Shown here in pieces: positions 52,401 through 64,000 of a DNA stretch of 64,000 nucleotides (position 1 is the stretch's first letter; the number at the start of each line of letters is the position of its first letter). Below the pieces are notes generated by a model. That model saw nothing but the letters and a program-made list of their open reading frames with translations. It made no database searches and was not told the origin of the DNA. Source of the DNA: Octopus bimaculoides (Eukaryota); NCBI RefSeq assembly GCF_001194135.2, contig NC_068991.1, positions 7,271,615-7,335,614 on the forward strand, given 5' to 3'. A program made the position numbers and the translations under genes.

Positions 52401-55400
52401 TATAAAATTTTATATTCAGCTTCTTTGATTTAAGAGAAGCAATGCTTAAATATTATATACATCATTGTTTCTTTAAAAAATTTATTAAAACAAAATCAGT
52501 TGAATGAAAATATTTTTTTTCTACATGCTTATGTACTTTTATGTTGTATATAGATGACAGTGGACATCATATTAACTGGAATTTTGTGAATGAAGTCCAG
52601 TTTTCCTTCAGCAGAAATCATCCTGATATATATGATTCAAAAAGAGAGAAATTTAAGTTTTGCACTGAAGACTTCGAAGATGCAGTTGTGATGCCTTCGT
52701 ATCGCAACATGGATCAACCACAGCATTTCTATGTTGCTGAGATCAAATACGACCTGAATCCAAACAGCCCGTTTCCTTCTCCTGAGCTTTATAGGACATT
52801 TAATGAGTATTACTCTAAAAAATACGGTCTTCATATCACTAACTTGGAACAACCTTTATTGGATGTTGACCATACTTCTGCACGTCTGAATTTATTAACT
52901 CCACGTTACATGAATCAAAAAGGCATCGCTTTGCCAACCAGCAGTGCAGAAACCAAGAAAGCCCGTCGAGAAAACTTACAACAAAAACAAATCTTGATTC
53001 CAGAATTGTGTGTGGTTCATATCTTCCCTGCTTCTCTGTGGCGTAAAGCTGTGTGTCTTCCTGCTATTCTTTACAGAATAAACTATCTTTTGATTGCTGA
53101 AGAGATTCGTGTCAAAGTTGCCCAAGGAACCAAAATTGGTGTCATTGAAATTCCAAAAGGCTTTCACTTTCCTAAACTTGATTTTGGTTTTGAAACCAAT
53201 CCAGAAAAGATTATTGATAATAAAACTGAAAGTGAGATGAAGGTTACAAAAGCCAAGGAAAATGGAACCTGCACATCTTTGTCAAAGACTGCTGCAAGTT
53301 ATAGTAACAAGCTTGTATTTAAAGATGCTAAAGAAAACAATGAATTAATAAAAAATGATTCAGAAAATCAGAAAGATATCAAAGAAATGCCAGTAAGAGA
53401 AATGGTAAATAATGTTGAGTGCAAGAAATTAAACTATAAAAAGCCTTTTATAAAGAGCAATTCAACAGAATCTCTACATAAAAGCTGCAATAAAGATGAC
53501 TGCAACAGGCCTTTGAAGGATTCTAATAGAATTCAAGAGGCTCTTAATGCTGCAGCGGGAAAGAACAACTATGAGCGGAGAGAAGATTCCGTTAGTACCT
53601 CATCTAGCAGAAGTTATAACCATTCAGATTTTAACAATTTTAAATCCTGCTCTGTAAACAACAGCGAAGAAAGGAAATTTCAACCTCAACAATTTACAAA
53701 TAAGAAAAAGCATGAAAAAGATGCACAATGGTCAAATGATAACATTAAAGAGGAGAAACTCAAAGAGGAAAAGAATAATAAGTCTTTCTCAAAATCTCCT
53801 TTTACTAACCTGCAAAATTCTGGTAGAATACCTAACGGCAGTAAAATAGATTTTAAGATAACTTTCGATATTGCAAAGGATTTGAATCCCAAAGACAGTC
53901 TTGATTCCTTTAAAGAAACCAGCGAAGTTCCGTCTAATGTTAAATTTCAGAATGACACTCTAAAGAAAGATCTAGAATCTCTTGATATTCGTTTGATTTG
54001 TGATAACAGAAGCTATCCTGAAGGAAATGCTTTCCATCAAATGGATAAGCAAATTCGAAAAGAAAAGAAGGCTTCTAAGACATTTGGCCAAATAGATGAC
54101 TTTTATCAAACAAAGTCAACAAAGTCTGAAATGCTGAGTTCTACAAAAATTGTAGAAATTACAGATTCCGAAGACCATCATAAAGACAATAGTGACAAGC
54201 TTTCTAATGGCAACTGTGATAAAAGTGAATTGAAAAACATATCTCCTACTTTTAGTCCACAGAAAGCTCCTGTGTGTAAAACCTCTGTGCAGAATTCTAA
54301 TAACCAAGCAGGTTATCCTCCAATTGTAGAAACTTGTAAAGAATTGAAAAATAATTTTAATAATGCTCGTCTTCATTCTTCAAACATAACCATCGCCCAT
54401 AGCAACATGGATTCCGTAAAAGATGTGGAAGAAAAACTTTGCAGTAACTCAAAAGGAAATGAGGAAAATTTAAAAACTTGTACATCCACCACTTTCTCTT
54501 CAAATAAAGACCAACAATGTAATTCATATACAGCTAGCAATTCAAAAGATAGTGTTGCACTACACTCTAATTCCACTGCCACAGCATTTAATCCTCCCCA
54601 GGAGAAAACTTTATCAACAACATCTTCAGACTCTGTTTCTTCATCTAGTCATCAATTACCAACACCCACTTCCCATTCATTATCAGCGCTACCAGAGCAG
54701 CAAATGTGTAATCATTCTAATTCATCAAATCAGTCTGTATTTAATTGTACTCAGTCTACTTCTTCACCAACAGATGATGACAAAACATCCTCAGATTCAG
54801 AGATCACTCCATGTCAGACTGGACAAACTGTTTCCCACACTCAGGACTCTACTGACCAACCAGAGGTAGCTGTACAAGATATCTCTGCTCCAGCACCTTT
54901 ACATGATAGAGACCAAAGAGATGTTGAAGCTGTTTCACCACCCATAGTCATACATAATAATAACAACAACAACAATATCAATGTCATTCAAAGCAATTGC
55001 CCCATTGATGCAAAAGTACCCCTCTCTAACACAAACAAATGCATCACTCCTTTGTCCTCTCATGATAACGCCATCTGTGATAATACAAGACACAATTCCG
55101 ACACCGATGTCTTTCAAAATATAACAACATTCAGTGGCCAGTCAGCAGCAGTAGATATGTCTAAAATATCTGACTATGGCCAATGTGATGACACAACCAA
55201 TGCAAACCTTGTTTACAGCTATGCTGAGGCTCAGGAGAAACTTGCTCAGTCTTCAAACACTCCACCTCTCTTGTTAGATACTGATATTGAACTGAGTTGT
55301 TACATTGGTCCAAGTCCATGCATTATTTTGCAGGCGCTTACCATGTCAAATGCAAATGATTTTTTCAGCCTTGAGAGATTAGAAACCATTGGCGATTCCT

Positions 55401-58400
55401 TTCTTAAATATGCTATCACTGTTTACCTTTACTGTCAATACCCAGGTATCCACGAAGGAAAGTTAAGCTATCTACGGAGTAAACAAGTAAGCAATTATAA
55501 TTTATATCGTCTTGGTCGTAAAAAGGGTCTTCCTGAGAGAATGGTTTCAGCTAAATTTGAACCTTATGAGAATTGGCTCCCACCTGGTTATGTTATTAAT
55601 GAAGATCGTAGGCGCGGCCCCGTACACAAAGTTCACATTTCTTCAAGCAGCAACAAGCAGGACCCTTGTTCATCTGCAAATCAATGTGGAAGTGAATCGG
55701 TTGAAGAAGAAATTCTATCGACATCTTTTAACAATGAAAAATTATCATCAAATCTAAACAATGGCATGATGAACTTCATTGAAAATGACAAAATTCCAAG
55801 TCATGTACGAAAAGCAAATTTAGAACAATGGAAATTCAACCAAGAACTGGAAGAATTAAAACAATCACAAGAACAAGATGGTGTCAGTGGTTGTGGTAGT
55901 TCTACAAATGAAAAGCCACTTGTTCCATATAGCTTGCAAACAATTCATAGCATTCCAGACAAAAGTGTAGCAGACTGTGTTGAAGCTCTTATTGGTTGCT
56001 ATCTGACTTGCTGTGGGAAAAGAGCTGCTCTTCTTTTCATGTCATGGCTTGGTCTAAAAGTGCTTCCTCAAAAGCACATTTTGCAGGAGCAATATGATGA
56101 TGTATGTATAAACATCTTTCACTTTTAATGATTCAAAATTTGGTATTAACAGAATTTGACTTCAAATTTAAAATTTAAAACAATTTAAAATTGTTTCACT
56201 ATTTCAAATAAATGTAATTTCAAGCCATGTTTTTAGTCTGAGGACAACTTTCTCCTCTCAACAAAAAAATGCCTGTTATAGATTATATTGCTATTATTTT
56301 CTGTTTAGGTTATTTTTTATCCATGTTTTTTGTAAAATTTTGATGTTTCATAATAATATTATTAATTATTCAGCTATACTTTTTTTGAGAGTCCTCTGCA
56401 TGATTACCGAAGACTAGAAAGTCCTAAACTCAATAATGTCTTTATTTCATTTAAATTTTATTTCAAATTTGATGGCAATACTTCATTCAAAGTATGTAAT
56501 GCTTACAGATACATTTCTATTCACATTTATATCATTATTTTGATGATTGTTTAATTATGTTCTTCAATATTTTTTTTTAATAAACATATTTAAACATTTT
56601 CTTACTTAAACCGTGCCTTGTCTTGAGTTAATTGGTTAATTTTTGTTCATTTAGAATATCACTGAACACCAACTGGATGAGCTGGAAACTCCTCTGTCAC
56701 CACTCCTTACTCATACAATTAATGCTGAAGAAGTTCTTGAACGTTTACTTGATGGCTATGAAACTTTTGAGAAAGAGATTGGCTACAAATTCTCTGATCG
56801 ATCTTATCTACTACAAGCTTTCACACATGCATCGTATCATTACAATACAGTGACTGACTGCTACCAGCGGTATGTTTTGCTATTTTATAAACCAAATTTT
56901 ACTTGAAATAATTTTAGGAATTACAATTGTTGGTATTTCCTTTAGATTAATGTATTTAATGATATAAAAACACTTTGATATATATACATGCCACAATTTC
57001 AGCAGTGCATCTTCACATAAAAAAATTGTCTGTGTATTAAGGCATGTAATATAAGCACAACTTTGCAAGGTGGTTTTTTTTGGAAAAAAAAATATGTGCA
57101 TCTGCCATCAAATACAGTAATCTTCAGCCAGGCTGTTTACCTTTGTTTTTGAAATTCTTTAATTGACTTGGAACACAATTCGAAACCATGTGATCAGAGT
57201 AGCATCTGCATGATACTTGTAGAACTGACATGTTAGTGGCAGCAGATTGCATATTTGACAGGAAGGTCCAAGTAAAACATTAAATATTAGCAAAACAAAG
57301 ATATTAATCACTGATTAGAATTTCTGTCCTCCCTCCAGCATTATAAAAACTGACCAGATTTGCTACACAGAGACTATGAAGGAATTCTTTTAAGCAGGGC
57401 AGACAAAGACATGATAAATGCTCAGACCCGACAACACTTCAGCACCTATTTTACTTTGTCTCAGTTAAACTCATTCATCTACCGCTAGCTTTTTCATTGC
57501 CTGATAAACTGCAGAGTGTGGGATGCTTTCAGCTGCTTTTTTTAATTTTTATATAACATATAATCGTCTGCTCTTAGCTGAAAACTTTTTCTTACAGTTG
57601 ATTGCTGTGGTTGTAGTATTGAGGGAGGTGGCTTATGGAAGGTGTTGAGAAACAAGTGTATGATAGCACGATAGGAACAAGTGTCTTGCTGTATTAGAGA
57701 TACATGTCTACCTTAGCTGGGAAGGAGAGAAGATAATGATGAAGTGTCAGGACATGGTCTTTTACCTCACTCCATAAGTATTTCGAGTTGATATTTCACT
57801 CACTGCATTAAATATATTAACAAAAATTCAATTATTGTATTTTTTTTTACCCCCCTGTGTATGGCATGTCTTTGTAATCTTCCTCAGTGACTAGTCTATT
57901 ATTATTATTATGTTTTTAACTACTCTTACTTGTATTTGAGTCGTTGACTTTGAAGTTGCAAGAAAATGTATTTATCAATTATCATGCGTTAAAATTTCCA
58001 GTACTGTAACTATTGCTAATGGATTTTTATCTCTGAAAAACTAACACAGCTACTAATATTAGTTCTTATTATTGATTTTATGTTTTATTTTTATTGATAT
58101 ATGTTTTATTTCTTGGGGAAAATCAAAGTTCACAGATAAAACTTACTCTTTACTGATAAGATTTTTCATCTTTTGTCTTGTTCAGTCATTTGACTGCTGC
58201 CATGTTGGGGCACCCCCTCGAAAAATATTTAGTCAAATTAATTGACCCCCAGTACTTATTTTTTCATTCTAAAGCCTGGTACTTTTCTATCAGTCCCTTT
58301 TTCTGAACTGTTTGGCATGTAAACACACCAGCACCAGTTGTCAAGTGGTAGTGGAGGACAAACACAGGCACATACACACACCTGTATATATACGATGGGC

Positions 58401-61400
58401 TTCTTTCAGTTTCCATCTACCAAATCCACTTGCAAGAATTCGGTCGGCCCAAGGCTATGGTAGAAGATACTTGCTCAAGGTACCATGCTGTGGGACTGAA
58501 CCCAGAACCATGTGACTGAGAAGCAAACTTCTTACCATACAGCCATGTCATGTTGAAATTTTTTTAGAAGTGTATTATTCGTAATTTTAGGGAGGGGATG
58601 AAGGCTACTTCTGTGTTCATAGTAGTAGTCATGATGTCTGCATTTTGATACCCGGCACAAATCATGGCACATGTAACTCTTTTCCAATATTCAGCTGGCT
58701 TCCTGTCTTCCATGTCAGCTAACGTTTTCTTGGCTACAACTTAATCTTTATGCCCGCCAATGCCATTGACTATTCACCAATACATCAAGCTGTTCTGAGA
58801 AAATCATCAATTAGCCTAAACCACCTGTAAATTGCATTGGACAGTTGATAATTATTAATCAGAGCCAATAACTTGTGAAGGCACATGGCTTAGTGGTTTG
58901 GACGTTGTACTTATGCTTGCAAGACCACGTGTTTGATTCCCAGACTAGGTGGTACATTGAGTTCTTGAGCAAAACACTTCGTTTCATGTGGTTCCAGTCC
59001 ACTCAGCTTTAAACGAGTAACTCTGTGATGGATTGGTATTCCTTTCAGTGGAGACGTTGTGATCTTGGTCACTTATACCTCATGGAAACCAGGTAATGGG
59101 CCCTATGAATACTAGGGATTGAGATGGTAGTGTCCAGAGGTTGAAGATGATAATGATAATGAATGACTTGTGATTTTTAATTTATAAAACAATACAAAAT
59201 ATGAATTTATTTATTTGATTTTTTTTTTTTTACTAGTCTGGAATTTTTAGGTGATGCAATTTTGGATTACGTGATCACTCGCCATCTTTACGAAGATTCT
59301 CAGCGTTATTCTCCTGGGGTTCTCACTGACCTGCGATCAGCTCTAGTCAATAACAACATTTTTGCTGCATTAGCTGTCAAATGGAACTTCCATAAGTTTT
59401 TCAAAGCCATATCTCCGGAACTGTTTAATGTGATTGAAAGGTTTGTTGCTCGCCAAAAGGAAAAGGAAGATGAAATTGATTTTGATGAAGAAGTAAGTGT
59501 TCTTAATGATATTCCTGTTTTAATTCTCTGATCTCTGTACCTAACTGTGGAGTTTGTAAATCCTATCAAAATTTTATGGGTTTCTACTTATTATTTTTTT
59601 AATGATGTCTAAACCAAAGATCAGACTTTTATTATAACTTGTAGATTTTCACTTGACCACTGTGAAGAATTAACACTTTACAATGACCTCTGCTTTTGGC
59701 ATTATTACCATCTCGTTCCATGTCCTGAAATCTACAATTCTCTTCACTCCTCTCCCCAAATTTTTCTTCTTTGATTCTGAAGCAAAATCCTGGTGAGGTC
59801 AACTTTACCTTTCATTCCTCCCGGGTCAATAAAACAAAGTACCAATCAAGTATATGGGGTCATTGGTACCAACTGACCCTCCACTCAAAACTGTAGTGTT
59901 TAAATCAGAAACAATTGTTGTTGTTGTTCTTATCATCATCATCATCATCATCAAGTTGGTACATGCAAGGATGGCAAGCCAAGTATTATTCTCAAATAAT
60001 TGTCGGTTCCTTTTTTTGTTCTTTATCATTTCCTTGTGTTCCTACAATCACTGGTATCAGAACTACCTTGAGGTGCCATATTTTTCAATTTCAATGAGCA
60101 AATCTTTACATTTCCTCCTCCTCCTCCTCCTTATTTTTTTAATATATTTTTTTTTTCACTAATTTATTAGTTCCAAGATGAAGGAGAAGAAAGTCCCGAT
60201 GAAGAAGTTGTTGAAATGGAAATTCCCAAAGCACTTGGTGATATATTTGAGTCTGTTGCTGGTGCTATCTATCTTGACAGCAACAGGTCTTTAGATGTGG
60301 TCTGGAAAGTTTACTATCGTATAATGAAGCCACAAATTGGTAAGAAAACTTTATTAAATATTTTGAATTGGGATAGAAAATTAAATGTTATGTATGTATG
60401 ATTCTTTGCATGTGTGTGTATGTTTGTGTCTCCTTGTCTTGACATTGCATAATAGCTATAAATGAATGTCATTCACTTCTAATTTCTGTAAAATTATGTC
60501 TGGCCATGGGGAAATATTTCCTTACTTGTAATCAGGTGAGGGTTGGCAACAGGAAGGGAATTTGGCTATAGAAAATCTTCCCCAATAAATTTTGTCTGAC
60601 CCATGCAAACATGGAAAAGTGGACATTAAAACGATGACAGTTTCCATCTACCGAATTTCACTAACAAAGCTGATTATAAATTAGGATAGAAAGCATCTGC
60701 TCAGGTGTCTCACAGTAAAGACGACAATAATTGCGAATTTCTTAACGTCTTGACCATGTTTGTATCTTTGCCTGTGGTTTGCTTGTTTAAAATATTATGA
60801 AGTTGTAATGAGTGCTTAAGAATAACTGTCAGTGATGTGTGGTAGGAAAAATAAGTCAGATACAATATTCCAGATTCAATCCAATTGAGACTTGTTGATT
60901 TAAGAACTACAACTGTAAAAGAGAACTTAGAATAATGATAACAACATTAGAGACAGGGGCCATTTTAAAAGCATTGTAAACCCCTGGACAACGCACTGTA
61001 CTGGAGATTGGTTTTGATGGGATTTGACTTTTAGGAAAAATATTCTTCCATTTTTCTATCAAAAAATATTTGGAAAATTTTTCTTCATTTCTTCCAGAGA
61101 AATATTTGAAAAGTATTCCAAAGTCACCTGTACGAGAATTATTGGAACTGGAACCAGAAACTGCTAAATTTGAGTGAGTATTACTATGGATAATATTGGA
61201 TTTCTGAATCACAAAACTTCACTTGGTCAGGACATTTTGTTATTTAAAATATGGTAGAGTTAACATATTTAATGCAAGGAGCATCGAAAACCTAAGATTT
61301 CAATTTCATTACTAATATATTACTGTATAAAGGCAGCGAGCTGGCAGAAACGTTAACACGCCGGGCGAAATGCTTAGCGGTATTTTGTCTGTCTTTAGGT

Positions 61401-62681
61401 TCTGAGTTCAAATTCCGGCGAGGTCAACTTTGCCTTTCATCCTTTCGTGGTTGATGAATTAAGTACCAGTTGCGTACTAGAATCAATCTAATCGACTGGC
61501 CCCCTCCCCAAGAATTTTGGGCCTTGTGCCTAGAGTAGAAAAGAATATATTACTGTATATTCAAAAGCAATGAGCTAGCAGAATCCTTTGCATCCTTTCA
61601 GGGTCGATAACTTAAGTACCAGTTACACACTGGGATTGATGTAATCGACTTAATACCTTTGTCTGTCCTTGTTTGTCCCCTCTATGTTTAGCCCCTTGTG
61701 GGCAATAAAGAAATAAGAATCCTTTGCATGCCAGGAAAAATGCTTTGCAGCATTTTGTCTGTCCTTTGTTCAGAGTTCAAATTCCATTGAGGTCCACTTT
61801 GTCTTTCATTTTTTCGGGATTGATAAAATAAGTACCAGTTGAGCACTGGGGTTGGTGTAATCGACTTACCCTCTCCCCCAAAGTTGCCGGCCTTGTGCCA
61901 AAATTTGACCTTACTGACTGGTCCTTGTGCCAGTGGCACGTAAAAGCACCCACTACACTCTCGGAGTGGTTGGTGTTAGAAAGGACATCCAGCTGTAGAA
62001 ACTCTGCCAGATCAGATTGGAGCCTGGTGCAGCCATCTGGTTCGCCAGTCCTCAGTCAAATCGTCCAACCCATGCTAGCATGGAAAGCGGACGTTAAATG
62101 AATGATGATGATATTTAAGTCTTTGCTCTCAGTGAAATTTGTAAAGATTAAGTCAAATTTTTAGTTATTTATTTTTTTGAGTGGGGGATTTATATTTTAC
62201 TGTGATGTTGGGTGAATTTCATTCTTTTTCTTCTTGGCACTTTATCATCATATGCCTGAAAAGAGATAAAATTTATTCAATTTTTTCAAAAAAGAATCAA
62301 TCAAAAATTGTAGAGGGAGATGTAATGCTTATTTGTTCACATTGCTTTGAATTAATCATGCATTATCTCATGTCTTTGAGATTTCAATGATGTGATTGTA
62401 CATTTCTAGAATGACATTGTATGGTTGGTGTTTAATCTACAATCATTATTTCAAGACTCCTGATAATAGGAATTATATTTTTCAGGAAACCTGAGAGGAC
62501 AGTTAATGGTAAAATCCGAGTTACAGTCAAAGTTGCCGGTAAAGGTGTTTATAATGGTGTCGGACGGAATTATCGCATTGCAAAGAGTGCTGCTGCCAAA
62601 AAAGCTTTGAGAATCCTTAAAACTATGCAATCACAAGGCTTCATTGCTCAACTATCAAATGAAAAGATGATGCAGGGATAA
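40402..62681 (+). CDS. DICER1: Dicer-1 (helicase-DUF283-platform-PAZ-RNase IIIa-RNase IIIb-dsRBD), ~2402 aa
   Basis: 17 coding exons: 40402-40497, 40822-40990, 41734-41987, 42960-44108, 44874-44975, 45321-45499, 47172-47313, 47884-47959, 48574-48761, 50264-50443, 51469-51682, 52554-56101, 56655-56869, 59237-59492, 60171-60339, 61098-61173, 62486-62681. All GT-AG, phases consistent, 7209 nt. DUF283 [14 protein letters not shown]; PAZ VMPSYRN...EYYSKKY; RNase IIIa [20 protein letters not shown]; RNase IIIb [24 protein letters not shown]; ds[19 protein letters not shown]. The ATG directly follows an acceptor, so a 5' exon exists upstream. Confidence 0.98.
42700..42890 (+). mobile_element. Dispersed repeat fragment, probably DNA transposon (mariner-like) derived
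   Basis: aaatacaggtggatcagttaattatg..caacatattcccctctcagattcacaca also occurs inverted at ~3770-3880 and partially at ~47435-47460. The superfamily call is from recall only. Confidence 0.5.
45760..46652. mobile_element. Inverted pair of (GAT)n-tailed SINEs in Dicer intron 6
   Basis: Minus-strand copy ~45760-46110 ((CAT)n...ctacagctggatgcccttcc) and plus-strand copy ~46430-46652 (ggaagggcatccagc...gatgatgat). Confidence 0.85.
48968..49214. other. Assembly gap (247 N) inside a SINE in Dicer intron 9
   Basis: SINE head before the gap and SINE 3' half after it. Other gaps: 11454-11463 and 15856-16310. Confidence 0.95.
49517..49961. mobile_element. Two tandem copies of a TTAA-bounded (piggyBac-like) MITE
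   Basis: Copy 1 ends ctgaacgctaaagga-TTAA; copy 2 starts TTAA-ccctttaacatttaa and ends ctgaatgctgacagg-TTAA. Shared internal aaatattctac.tgtttta...ctcacacct. A third partial copy lies at ~44490-44610. Confidence 0.65.
52185..52260 (+). other. 76-nt near-perfect hairpin in Dicer intron 11 (pre-miRNA-sized; identity unresolved)
   Basis: 52185-52221 pairs with 52224-52260 over 37 positions: 33 Watson-Crick, 3 G-U, 1 A-A mismatch, with a minimal loop. Confidence 0.9.
61330..61543 (+). mobile_element. tRNA-derived SINE with 16-bp target-site duplication
   Basis: aatatattactgtata at 61314-61329 and 61544-61559 flanks ggcagcgagctggcagaaacg...ttctgagttcaaattccgg...gcctttcatcctttcg...ccttgtgcctagagtagaaaag. 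Confidence 0.9.
61594..61715 (+). mobile_element. 5'-truncated SINE nested in the head of another SINE, 14-bp TSD
   Basis: agaatcctttgcat at 61580-61593 and 61716-61729. Confidence 0.85.
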
Positions 62682-62805
62682 CCTGGATAGATTGCTAATC
62701 AAGGTACATCTGTGATTCCATAATCAGCCATACGTACCATGACATGGCTGCAGATCATTGTTTCAACTACTTGGCACCGAGTGTATGTGTATATATTTGC
62801 TTACG

Positions 62806-62806
<1 letters not shown>

Positions 62807-62839
<33 letters not shown>

Positions 62840-63110
62840 TGGAGTGTTTGGGTGCATGAGAGAGAGAAAAACAAAGTTTAATTTGTATGTAAGAAGTAAT
62901 CAAGGTTTAATGTCAGATATTGAGTAGTAAGTATGTTTATGATAATGATAATTTTTAATTTATGAGTGAATCTTTGCATTTTCCTGGTTAACGACATGGA
63001 TCATAGTCTTCAAATTTAAAATAGAGCTTTAATTCTAAAGAGAAAGATCTGGGATGGCTTTTAGCCTTTAAGACTATTAAGGCATTGCTAATTTGTATTT
63101 TGAGTTTCTA

Positions 63111-63142
<32 letters not shown>
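62807..63142. repeat. (GT)n and (GA)n microsatellites downstream of the Dicer stop codon (likely 3' UTR)
   Basis: (TG)n 62807-62838; (GT)n then (GA)n 63111-63142. Confidence 0.9.
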
Positions 63143-64000
63143 GGTTGTCAGACTTGTGTAAAGAATTTGAAAAAAAGTTAAGTGTTTATATTGTGATTCA
63201 GAAATGATGTTTTAATTTTTTTTTTTTTCAAACACTTCGATTGCAAGACATAAATTGTAAACGTCCTTATTTACTAACTGAATTCCAGAATTAGTGAAAT
63301 GGCTCATCCATAATTGTTAATTACATTTCATATCTTCATTCTGGTTTTTCATATTCCACTGTTCATCATTGTATCTAGATTTCTTTTGACACAAATTTGG
63401 AACTTCACTAACATTCAAAACAAACTTCTCATGCCCATTGTTTGCATACATTTATACTCAACCTTCAAAATGTGGTGTAAAAAAGTGAATAGCAAGCCGA
63501 AATTCCCTCTCTTCCTGTCTCTTTTTCTCTATTCTTCCTCTCAAATATAACTATTTATTCTTTGTTAAATATTACAAGAAATCATACATACTTAGTCCCA
63601 ATCTAATTTTATGTAACACTAAATAATGATAAAAGAAATAATACCAGATCAATTTCTGAGCAATCAGCGTATCCACTAAATAATCCTCGACTGCATACCC
63701 CATTGCTCAACAACATTTGTAACTGTTATATCCATCAGAAGTTATAACAGCATCTTCTAGTGTTACTTCCTCCAGAAACAGCATCCTGTGTGTGAAGTAC
63801 AGAAATATTCTCTCTGTATTGGCTGTGAAGTTTCATCATGAGTATTTTGACAAATTGTTCTTATTTTTTCAAAATTTTATCTAAAACTAAATCAATATTT
63901 AAATTAATCCCATGGGAAGTATTAAATAATTATCACTATTATATTGTTTAGCTTCTGTTAAGAGTTTTTGAAATTGCAGATTTCATTTCAACAAAATACA

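Noticed and set aside
52637-55757. Several 60-105 aa antisense or alternative-frame ORFs within the Dicer giant exon
   Set aside because: Short, with no recognisable motifs; expected by chance opposite a long ORF.
63690-63870. Possible minus-strand terminal exon of a neighbouring gene (EKIRTICQNTHDE...CCFWRK*)
   Set aside because: No in-frame splice acceptor or start found, and no recognisable homology.

Overview
AT-rich eukaryotic genomic DNA, most likely a coleoid cephalopod (Octopus). That call rests on the dense tRNA-derived SINE families with (GAT)n or microsatellite tails and on the gene content; it is inferred, not proven. The draft assembly has three N gaps (11454-11463, 15856-16310, 48968-49214). 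Five spliced protein-coding genes were reconstructed by hand from GT-AG boundaries with consistent phases, in alternating orientation: MCFD2 (+, 5117-8256), a BRMS1/BRMS1L-family gene (-, 8951-19021), a secreted ~1153-aa angiopoietin-like coiled-coil/fibrinogen-domain gene (+, 22592-29567), ALKBH6 (-, 32981-36935) and a complete ~2402-aa Dicer-1 (+, 40402-62681, 17 coding exons). Introns and intergenic DNA hold SINEs, RTE and L1/Tx1-type LINE relics, a Helitron helicase fragment and several MITEs. Most notable: (i) Dicer keeps intact RNase III, PAZ and dsRBD motifs but has substitutions in five SF2 helicase ATPase motifs; (ii) a ~705-aa low-complexity linker precedes RNase IIIa; (iii) a near-perfect 76-nt, 37-bp hairpin lies inside Dicer intron 11; (iv) MCFD2 carries Q/P/Y tandem repeats; (v) the fibrinogen-domain protein has an ANGPTL1/2-like coiled coil. 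No prokaryotic-type systems, CRISPR arrays or bona fide rRNA/tRNA genes were seen. Most short ORFs in the supplied track are repeat or microsatellite artefacts.
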